From: a virus
Reading direction: 5' to 3' (one strand)
DNA: 64,000 nucleotides
IMG/VR virus record: IMGVR_UViG_3300032299_001203
Span: 40,087-104,086 of that record
Shown here: piece after piece, positions 57,533 to 64,000 of the stretch
How positions within the stretch are numbered: position 1 is the first letter of the stretch
How the letters are laid out: each line of letters opens with the position of its first letter
Notes under the pieces: generated by a model
Told to the model about the DNA's origin: nothing
The model's input: only the letters and a program-made list of their open reading frames with translations
The model's database searches: none
Translations under genes and position numbers: made by a program

Positions 57533-58857
57533 TGGCAAAAAAGATTGATACCATAAGTACATTATGGGGTGATGAAGAAGTTGTTGTTTCAACTAAAGAA
57601 ATTGGAACACCTGAAGAACAATGGGAAGTTTGGCAAAAACAAAATCCTATAGAATCTTTTGAACACATTGATGACCTTATTTTAAAAGAAACTTTAATCT
57701 CCGATTTAAGATATGCTTCGGATATGGATGTTCGTGAATATACATTATATCAAAAATGGTGTGAAATCAAAGAAAGATATCCCGTACATGAAGTATCAAC
57801 TATGTCAGATGGTATTGAAATACAAATAATTGATAAAAAACAAGAAGAACTAATTAGAGAAGTTAAAGAAAACTTTTGGGTACCAGAATCTCCTGATGAT
57901 TATGAAAAATTGGAACCTGTTATGATTCTTTCGAATGGTCCTGGAGTTGAAACTTGGAATGCCATTCGTACCTTTTCTTCTACAATGAAAAATAATAGTA
58001 ACATTGGTCGTAATCTGTATTATATTTTACAAGATAAAGTTACAAAAAAATATCTTGGTGTCATCTGTATCTCCTCAGACTTCTTGGACTTGACTCCAAG
58101 AGATAATGCAATCGGTTGGCCAAGAGATGTCAAAACAAAACAAAACATGATTAATCATACGGCAATCGGTTCTACAATTGTTCCGTTACAACCGCTTGGT
58201 TATAATTATATGGGCGGTAAATTATTAGCTTTGATGTGCCTATCTGATACCGTTCAAAAAGATTGGAAAGAAAGATATGGTGATACTTTGGTCGGAGTTA
58301 CCACAACTAGTCTTTATGGAAAAACTAAAGCTGGTGGATTATCGCAATATGACGGACTCGAACATTGGAAGGCAATGGGATTTTCTTCAGGCTCGGTTGC
58401 TTTTGAACCGACTAGAGAAACTAAAAAAATGGTATTTGACTGGATTAAAAAGAACCACACCAAAAAATATTTTGAATGGTGGGACGCCAAAAATCCTCAA
58501 GGACTTCCACTCAAACGAGACCATAAAAATCGTTCTTTGAATTTTGCTTATTCAAAACTCAATATTCCTAAAGAACTAATTCGTACAGAACACCAACGTG
58601 GTATCTATTTTAGTCCGCTGTATAATAATACAAACGAGTTTCTACGTAAAGAAATTACGGATGAATCACTGGTAAAGTCATTTGATACCAGTGAAGAAGC
58701 ATTGGCAAATATTTGGAAAACCAAATATGCCAAAGGTAGAATTAGGCAATTACAAAAGAAAAATAATGTTTCATATGAATCACTCTTTTATGATGACCTT
58801 ATCTACCTGTCTTGGGAACAAACCAAGGCAAAGTATTTGCCACAAGTTGGCAGATGA
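57532..58857 (+). CDS. DUF4338 / Druantia DruA-like protein (441 aa)
   Basis: GRNL.Y...D......LG.I...S....L.PRD..IGW; P..P...NY.GGKLLA....S; L..VTTTSLYG; SQY; W...G.S.G pattern of DUF4338. Confidence 0.75.
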   Translation: MAKKIDTISTLWGDEEVVVSTKEIGTPEEQWEVWQKQNPIESFEHIDDLILKETLISDLRYASDMDVREYTLYQKWCEIKERYPVHEVSTMSDGIEIQIIDKKQEELIREVKENFWVPESPDDYEKLEPVMILSNGPGVETWNAIRTFSSTMKNNSNIGRNLYYILQDKVTKKYLGVICISSDFLDLTPRDNAIGWPRDVKTKQNMINHTAIGSTIVPLQPLGYNYMGGKLLALMCLSDTVQKDWKERYGDTLVGVTTTSLYGKTKAGGLSQYDGLEHWKAMGFSSGSVAFEPTRETKKMVFDWIKKNHTKKYFEWWDAKNPQGLPLKRDHKNRSLNFAYSKLNIPKELIRTEHQRGIYFSPLYNNTNEFLRKEITDESLVKSFDTSEEALANIWKTKYAKGRIRQLQKKNNVSYESLFYDDLIYLSWEQTKAKYLPQVGR

Positions 58858-58878
58858 ACAAGTATACCACATATATAC

Positions 58879-58907
58879 TTGACACACACACTAAATAATG
58901 TTATGAT
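58879..58907 (+). promoter_or_regulatory. Strong sigma70-type early promoter
   Basis: TTGACA-17 nt-TATGAT with extended -10 TG; CTAAATA inside the spacer. Confidence 0.8.
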
Positions 58908-58959
58908 GTGTTCACTTGCTATTGCAAGATTTTATTATTAACTTACTATGGAGTATTAC

Positions 58960-59232
58960 ATGAAAAAGCAATTATCCGCTAAACAAAAAATCGTCAACTA
59001 TTTGAGCAAACAAGAAGGTTATAACACCTTAACCACAGCACAAGCTCGTGCTCGTTTTGGTATTCAAAATGTTTCCGCTCGTATCGATGAACTTCGCCAA
59101 GAAGGTCATTGTATCTACACCAACACCGTAAAACGTGGTGATGGTACCAAAGTTAAAGCATATCGCATGGGCAAGCCAACCAAAGCTATGGTTCGTGCTG
59201 CTCTTAACGCAGGTTACAGCTTTACTGCTTAA
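58960..59232 (+). CDS. Small winged-helix (HTH) DNA-binding protein (start 58960)
   Basis: KQKIVNYL...LT..QAR.RFGI.N.SARI.ELR.EGH.I.T...Y pattern; GGAG SD. Confidence 0.75.
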   Translation: MKKQLSAKQKIVNYLSKQEGYNTLTTAQARARFGIQNVSARIDELRQEGHCIYTNTVKRGDGTKVKAYRMGKPTKAMVRAALNAGYSFTA

Positions 59233-59243
59233 TCTGTTTTATC

Positions 59244-59278
59244 GGGAAAGTCGTTGTAAAACGATTTTCCCTTTTTTT
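59244..59278 (+). terminator. Rho-independent terminator after HTH gene
   Basis: GGGAAAGTCGTT-GTAA-AACGATTTTCCC (GNRA loop) plus T7. Confidence 0.85.
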
Positions 59279-59295
59279 ATAATCATGGAGTAAAA

Positions 59296-60093
59296 ATGGA
59301 AATTTCAATAAAAAAAGAAGATTTACAAAAGAAAAGCTTGTTTATTGCTACACCAATGTATGGCGGAGTTAACCACGGCCTATACATGAAAGCTTGTCTT
59401 GATTTACAAGGTTTATGTTTTCAATATGGTGTACAGGCGAAATTTTCATTCTTGTTTAATGAATCTTTGATTACTAGAGCACGTAATTATCTCGTTGATG
59501 AGTTTCTTAATCGTTCGGATTGTACTCATATGTTGTTTATCGATTCCGATATTCACTTTGAAGCTCGTGATGTTTTGGCTCTTTTAGCCTTAGACAAAGA
59601 TGTTGCCGGTGGTCCTTATCCTAAGAAAGCCATTAAATGGCGTTCTATTAAGCGAGCACTAGAAATGAATCCTCAAATGGATGCTGGCATTTTAGATAAA
59701 CTTACTGGTGACTATGTATTCAATCCAGTTAAAGGTACACAACAATTTTCTGTAACAGAACCTTTAGAAGTTATGGAAATTGGTACAGGATTTATGATGG
59801 TGAAACGTGAAGTTTTTCCTAAGTTTGCTGCAGCTTATCCACACCTCAAATATCGTCCTGACCACGTTGGCCAAGCACATTTTGATGGTACTCGTTATAT
59901 TCATGCTTACTTTGATACCGTAATCGATAAAGACTCTGAGCGTTACCTATCAGAAGATTATATGTTCTGTCAATGGTGGAGAAACATTGGTGGTAAAATT
60001 TGGTTGTGTCCTTGGATGAAAACTTCACACATCGGTACATATCATTTCCAAGGAGATATGCCTGCTGTTGCTAATTATGTTGGTGAAATGTAA
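59296..60093 (+). CDS. GT-A fold glycosyltransferase (GT2-like)
   Basis: FIATPMYGG; ESLITRARN; HMLFIDSDI (DxD); GGPYPKK; GTGFMMVKREVF; LSEDYMFC; H.G. Confidence 0.8.
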   Translation: MEISIKKEDLQKKSLFIATPMYGGVNHGLYMKACLDLQGLCFQYGVQAKFSFLFNESLITRARNYLVDEFLNRSDCTHMLFIDSDIHFEARDVLALLALDKDVAGGPYPKKAIKWRSIKRALEMNPQMDAGILDKLTGDYVFNPVKGTQQFSVTEPLEVMEIGTGFMMVKREVFPKFAAAYPHLKYRPDHVGQAHFDGTRYIHAYFDTVIDKDSERYLSEDYMFCQWWRNIGGKIWLCPWMKTSHIGTYHFQGDMPAVANYVGEM

Positions 60094-60479
60094 TGAGTGG
60101 TGTGAATGATTTTTCTAGTTACAAGATTACAGATGAAGTAAAATCTTCACAAAATGCAACCACAGGTGGCCGTAAGTTCGATGGCGGTAAATTACAATAT
60201 GGATTATTGCCGCCAGCAGCATTAAAAGCGACAGTTGAAATCCTTACGTTTGGTGCAGAGAAGTATGAACCTGACAATTGGAAGTATGTACCAGATTCTA
60301 AGCGTAGATATTTTGATGCATTACAAAGGCATTTGTGGGCTTGGAAAGAAGGAGAAATTAACGATTCTGAATCTGGTAAACATCACTTGGCACACGCAAT
60401 GTGCTGCTTGATGTTTTTGTATGAACATGATATAATATATTCTTTAAATAATGGAGATGTAAATGAAGCTATCAAATGA
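60093..60479 (+). CDS. DUF5664 dATP/dGTP diphosphohydrolase-like protein
   Basis: GRKFDGGK..Y.LLP; L.FGA.KY..DNW; YFDALQRHL.AW..GE..D.ESG.HHLAHA.CC..FL. Confidence 0.85.
   Translation: MSGVNDFSSYKITDEVKSSQNATTGGRKFDGGKLQYGLLPPAALKATVEILTFGAEKYEPDNWKYVPDSKRRYFDALQRHLWAWKEGEINDSESGKHHLAHAMCCLMFLYEHDIIYSLNNGDVNEAIK
60408..60436 (+). promoter_or_regulatory. sigma70-type promoter inside DUF5664 gene, upstream of gp45
   Basis: TTGATG-17 nt-TATAAT with extended -10 TG. Confidence 0.65.
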
Positions 60480-61134
60480 AACACTAACTGTATTAAAAAA
60501 CTTTTCTACAATCAATCAAGGCATCCAATTTAAAAAAGGTAATAAATTGGCTACAATGGCTGCCACTAAATCTGTGCTTGCCAAAGCTACATTGAAGGAT
60601 GAATTCCCTCAAGATTTTTGTATTTACGATTTAAATCAATTCTTATCCGTACATTCACTATATAAGGATACAGAACTTGATTTTAACGATATTGATGTGA
60701 TTTTTAAATCTGGTCGCAGTAAGGTTAAATATCGTAAAACTGAAAAAACTCAAATTGTTGTTCCACCTGAAAAAGAATTAAATCTTCCTAGTGTCGATGC
60801 ATCTTTTGTTTTAAGTGCAGAAGATTATGATTCTATTTTAAAAACAGCAAGTGTATTACAGACACCTCATGTTTCTATTGAATCCTCAGGTGACAAAATT
60901 AATCTAACAACATTTAATGCTGAAGATAATTCTGCTCACACCAATTCAATTGAACTTGGAGTAGGTAACGGAAAAAGTTTTAAAATGGTATTCTTGACTC
61001 AGAATTTGAAGATGATTGCCGGCTCTTATGATGTAGAAATTTCATTTAAGGGGCTCGCTTCATTTAAAAATACTAAACAAGAAATCCAGTATTGGGTAGC
61101 ATCAGAATCAAAACATTCTAAATTTGGAGAATAA
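60463..61134 (+). CDS. gp45: DNA polymerase sliding clamp gp45
   Basis: MKLSNETLTVLKNFSTIN.GI; FPQDF.IYDLNQFL; NLKM..G.Y.V; YWVA.E. Confidence 0.95.
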   Translation: MKLSNETLTVLKNFSTINQGIQFKKGNKLATMAATKSVLAKATLKDEFPQDFCIYDLNQFLSVHSLYKDTELDFNDIDVIFKSGRSKVKYRKTEKTQIVVPPEKELNLPSVDASFVLSAEDYDSILKTASVLQTPHVSIESSGDKINLTTFNAEDNSAHTNSIELGVGNGKSFKMVFLTQNLKMIAGSYDVEISFKGLASFKNTKQEIQYWVASESKHSKFGE

Positions 61135-61137
61135 AAA

Positions 61138-61329
61138 ATGTTATTAACTTTTACAGAAGCATCAAGCAAAGATCCTATCGCAGTCAACCCTACAGCAGTT
61201 AATGCCGTATTTACCGCACCACAAGGTGAGATGAAAGGCAAAACAGTCATAGCGATTGGTGCACAACCAGTTGTAGTTGAAGAAGCCTATTTGGATGTAG
61301 TTGGCCAACTCAACGGAGCATTGGCTTAA
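61138..61329 (+). CDS. Small hypothetical protein (63 aa)
   Basis: IAVNP..V..V; V.E.YLDVVG.LNG; GGAG SD. Confidence 0.6.
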   Translation: MLLTFTEASSKDPIAVNPTAVNAVFTAPQGEMKGKTVIAIGAQPVVVEEAYLDVVGQLNGALA

Positions 61330-61333
61330 TATG

Positions 61334-61359
61334 TTAAAGGTTCCAATCGGAACCTTTAA
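61334..61359 (+). other. Perfect 11-bp hairpin upstream of gp44
   Basis: TTAAAGGTTCC-aatc-GGAACCTTTAA; no clear U-tract. Confidence 0.6.
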
Positions 61360-61420
61360 ACAACTCAATATTCATTTGAAAGCAGTATAGAAGTAAAAAT
61401 ATATATTATGGGAGTTTTGA

Positions 61421-62353
61421 ATGGAACATTTACTGTGGGTCGAGAAGTATCGGCCAAAAACAATTGAAGATTGTATTCTTCCGGATGCGATCAAGGAAAC
61501 TTTTCAGGAGTACGTTAAGAGAAAAGAAATACCAAATCTTCTTTTATCTGGTACGGCAGGTGTTGGAAAAACAACAGTTGCTAAAGCATTGTGTAATGAG
61601 GTTGGTTGCGACTACATTATCATCAATGGGTCTGATGAGTCTGGCATTGATGTTCTACGTAACAAAATCAAAAACTATGCTTCTTCAATGTCGCTCATGG
61701 GTGGCAGAAAAGTTGTCATCATTGATGAGGCTGATTATCTCAATCCTAATTCAACTCAACCTGCTCTACGGGGAGCCATTGAAGAATTTGCATCAAACTG
61801 TTCATTCATCTTCACTTGTAATTTTAAAAATCGGATCATTGATCCGATTCATTCCCGTTGTTCTGTTATCGATTTTAAAATCAACGGTTCTAAACCAAAA
61901 CTGGCGTCATTATTTTTTAAGCGGGTTGAAAGCATCCTTTCACAAGAAGGAATTGAATACTCCAAAGATGTTGTTGCGGCCGTTATCACGAAACACTTTC
62001 CTGACAATCGAAGAATTCTTAATGAATTGCAACGTTACTCGGTTTCTGGTGCCATTGATGCTGGTATTCTTTCTAATGTTGCTGACATCCAACTCGAAGC
62101 CTTAATCAAAGCTCTCAAAGAAAAAGATTTTTCATCCGCTCGCAAATGGGTCACCAATAATTTGGATAATGATCCAATCAAAGTATATCGAAAATTATAT
62201 GATTCTTTGTATGAAGAATTAACACCAGATTCGGTACCCCAATTAGTTCTCATTCTCGCCAAGTATCAATACCAATCCGCATTTGTGGCAGACCACGAAA
62301 TCAATATGATAGCCTGTTTAACAGAAATCATGGTTGATTGTTCCTTTAAATAA
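61421..62353 (+). CDS. gp44: Clamp loader large subunit gp44 (AAA+)
   Basis: LWVEKYRP; GTAGVGKTT; INGSDE; IIDEAD; LRG.IE; SRC; FPD.RR..NELQ. Confidence 0.97.
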   Translation: MEHLLWVEKYRPKTIEDCILPDAIKETFQEYVKRKEIPNLLLSGTAGVGKTTVAKALCNEVGCDYIIINGSDESGIDVLRNKIKNYASSMSLMGGRKVVIIDEADYLNPNSTQPALRGAIEEFASNCSFIFTCNFKNRIIDPIHSRCSVIDFKINGSKPKLASLFFKRVESILSQEGIEYSKDVVAAVITKHFPDNRRILNELQRYSVSGAIDAGILSNVADIQLEALIKALKEKDFSSARKWVTNNLDNDPIKVYRKLYDSLYEELTPDSVPQLVLILAKYQYQSAFVADHEINMIACLTEIMVDCSFK

Positions 62354-62362
62354 GGAGAAATC

Positions 62363-62815
62363 ATGGATCGTTCACAGATGATGGACATTCTCGGCCGTAT
62401 GGGTGAGAAATATGTCAGCAACTACTTGGCCAAAAAAGGTGTTATTGTTGAGCAAGCACTCAATCATTTTGATAGTAAGAAAGATTTGACTGGTGACGGC
62501 AAAACTGTTGAAGTAAAAACTCAAGTACCTTTTATCAAAGAAAAAGCAATCACAATCAAACCAAATCAATTACGTAAGTGTCGTGGTGTAGATGAATTAT
62601 ATTTTGTCACCGTGCCTGCTGCTCGGCATAATTACAAGTATGCTGGATGGTTATTCAAAGTTGATCCAAAAACATTTAAAACAAGAAAATATTATACCAA
62701 AGATGGTCGTAATATGGTTTTGATTGACATTGAACAAGAGGCAGTTACACCTATTCAAAAAGTTGATGATAACACTCTGACAGAAATGATGAAATATACG
62801 GTATCGGAGTATTAA
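62363..62815 (+). CDS. Hypothetical protein with PD-(D/E)XK nuclease-like motif
   Basis: G..GE..V (helix E), KKDL (D), VEVKT (ExK); AAGGAG SD; sits between gp44 and gp62. Confidence 0.55.
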   Translation: MDRSQMMDILGRMGEKYVSNYLAKKGVIVEQALNHFDSKKDLTGDGKTVEVKTQVPFIKEKAITIKPNQLRKCRGVDELYFVTVPAARHNYKYAGWLFKVDPKTFKTRKYYTKDGRNMVLIDIEQEAVTPIQKVDDNTLTEMMKYTVSEY

Positions 62816-62816
62816 G

Positions 62817-63203
62817 ATGCCAGATTTATTCAAAGAAGTTCTTCCGTCTATCTTAGAAAAGAAAAAAAGTGTATTTCGTGATGAGTTGGATTATAAAGAT
62901 TATAACTCATATATTGTCAACCGAGCCTTATCCTATCACATGGACTGTGTTTTATATGTCAACGAACTAAACAAACATCCAAATCTGGAAAAAGACCTTC
63001 AATATCAATATCTTCTAAATACCATTAGACCAATGAAACGGAAATTTCAACCGTGGCAGAAATCAGAGGTCGATAAGAATATAGAATGTGTAAAGGTATA
63101 TTTTGGTTATTCTAATGAAAAAGCCAAAGAGGCTTTACGAATTCTTACTGACGAACAAATCGCTGAAATAAAAAGAAAAACAGATAAAGGCGGAGTTAAG
63201 TAA
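62817..63203 (+). CDS. gp62: Clamp loader small subunit gp62
   Basis: Y..YIVNRALS...D.V...NE.N; QY.YL..IR..KR...W.K; YFGYS.EKA..AL.IL; KGG. Confidence 0.93.
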   Translation: MPDLFKEVLPSILEKKKSVFRDELDYKDYNSYIVNRALSYHMDCVLYVNELNKHPNLEKDLQYQYLLNTIRPMKRKFQPWQKSEVDKNIECVKVYFGYSNEKAKEALRILTDEQIAEIKRKTDKGGVK

Positions 63204-63616
63204 TGATTAATATTACAGATTTGGTTGAAGTGACTTTGAATCAACAAGATGATTTCCTAAAAGTCAGAGAAACCCTCACACGCATTGGCGTGGCATCAAA
63301 AAAAGAAAAAATACTATATCAATCGTGCCATATTTTACATAAACAAGGCAAGTATTATATTGTTCATTTTAAAGAATTATTTGCTTTGGATGGAAAGCCA
63401 ACTGACATTAGTGATAATGACCTCTCCCGTAGAAACGCTATTGCTAATTTGTTAGAAGATTGGGGTTTGATAGGTTTAGTCAATAAAAAATCCACAGAAG
63501 TTCCACAACCAACTTTTTTATCACAAATTAAAATTCTTTCACATAAAGAAAAAAGTGATTGGCAATTAATACCGAAATATAATATTGGTAACAAAGTTAA
63601 AACAGGTAATTATTAA
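63203..63616 (+). CDS. regA: Translational repressor RegA
   Basis: DDFLKVRETLTRIGVAS; LYQSCHILHKQGKYYIVHFKELF.LDG; RRN.IA.LL.DWGL; W.L.PKYNIG. Confidence 0.97.
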   Translation: MINITDLVEVTLNQQDDFLKVRETLTRIGVASKKEKILYQSCHILHKQGKYYIVHFKELFALDGKPTDISDNDLSRRNAIANLLEDWGLIGLVNKKSTEVPQPTFLSQIKILSHKEKSDWQLIPKYNIGNKVKTGNY

Positions 63617-63629
63617 TACCAAAAAAGTA

Positions 63630-63660
63630 TTGACAAATAAAAGCAAATGTGTTATAAATA
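63630..63660 (+). promoter_or_regulatory. Dual promoter for hsp20: sigma70 TTGACA-17-TATAAA overlapping late TATAAATA
   Basis: TTGACA 63630-63635; TG-n-TATAAA 63653-63658; TATAAATA 63653-63660. Confidence 0.75.
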
Positions 63661-63666
63661 TGGATG

Positions 63667-63716
63667 TAGGCGCCTTAGGGGCCTATAATTTTGATTAACT
63701 CGCTTAAACTAAGGAG
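63667..63716 (+). promoter_or_regulatory. ROSE-like 5'UTR structure (candidate RNA thermometer)
   Basis: 5' hairpin TAGGC-g-CC-ttag-GG-GCCTA, then CTC-g-CTTA-aac-TAAG-GAG pairing UCGCU with the AAGGAG SD, bulged G. Confidence 0.55.
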
Positions 63717-63725
63717 CACATAAAC

Positions 63726-64000
63726 ATGACTACAAGTCTATTACCTTCCCTTTTTGACTTCCACAAGACCCTCGATCCGTATACGGTTGGCTTTGACAGT
63801 TTCTTTAAAGATATTGAAGAAGTTACCAAAACGATTCAGAAGGCTGTGCCGTCATATCCCCCATACAATATTAAACAAGTAAGCAAAAACAAGTATGTCA
63901 TCGAAATGGCAGTTGCTGGTTTTGCCAAGTCTGATATTGAAGTAACACTTGAAGGCAATAAATTGGTCATCAAAGGTTCCGCTCAAGAAAACGATATCAA
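63726..64000 (+). CDS. hsp20: Small heat-shock protein Hsp20/IbpA-like (3' end outside window)
   Basis: MTTSLLPSLFDF...VGFD.FF...SYPPYNIKQ....YVIEMAVAGF.KSDIEVTLEGNKLVIKG; usual position after regA. Confidence 0.92.
   Translation, partial: MTTSLLPSLFDFHKTLDPYTVGFDSFFKDIEEVTKTIQKAVPSYPPYNIKQVSKNKYVIEMAVAGFAKSDIEVTLEGNKLVIKGSAQENDI

Noticed and set aside
12355-58959. Longer ORF-track starts (12355, 40306, 44400, 50085, 52670, 58948)
   Set aside because: Downstream ATGs (12448, 40357, 44412, 50136, 52706, 58960) have better SD or coupling and match family N-termini
61464-62105. 213-aa + strand alternative-frame ORF inside gp44 (and similar short out-of-frame + ORFs)
   Set aside because: Fully nested in a conserved gene, with Leu/Ser-rich shadow composition; no independent evidence
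539-63594. All minus-strand ORFs in the track (e.g. 539..829, 16016..16411, 47923..48279, 49296..49655)
   Set aside because: They are antisense shadows of well-supported + strand genes, with no SD or recognisable motifs
1-64000. CRISPR array, tRNA or rRNA genes
   Set aside because: Intergenic gaps are short, with no regularly spaced repeats or cloverleaf-like sequences seen
1-64000. Stop-codon reassignment (alternative genetic code)
   Set aside because: Core genes are full length in the standard code and end at TAA, TGA and TAG

Overview
This 64 kb AT-rich window comes from a large T4-like myovirus (Tevenvirinae/Kyanoviridae-type gene order). Essentially all real genes lie on the + strand and use the standard code. 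Gene order: end of baseplate gp6, gp7, gp8 and a 2081-aa VrlC/DUF4815-type protein; a ~23 kb island of fibre, adaptor and receptor-binding genes (12.4-35.1 kb); neck/tail/head module gp13-14-15-16-17-18-19-20-(67/68-like)-21-22-23-gp3; uvsY-uvsW-gp55-gp47-gp46; an accessory island (heme oxygenase, peptide deformylase, DUF4338/DruA-like protein, HTH protein, GT-A glycosyltransferase, DUF5664 dNTP diphosphohydrolase); gp45-gp44-(nuclease-like)-gp62-regA; and the start of hsp20. Most notable observations: (1) fibre genes appear to be daisy-chained, with short conserved C-terminal tags (DGGxF; PF/YxLxxG) followed by matching N-terminal domains in the next gene, suggesting a modular or branched fibre assembly code; (2) a ROSE-like RNA thermometer hairpin (UCGCU, bulged G, paired to the SD) precedes the phage hsp20; (3) a near-consensus antisense sigma70 promoter sits just upstream of the late sigma gp55; (4) a Druantia DruA-like (DUF4338) protein, a glycosyltransferase and a dNTP diphosphohydrolase are embedded in the replication module, while virion surface proteins look conspicuously enriched in (A/S)N(T/S). 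All family assignments come from motif recognition by eye; no database searches were run.
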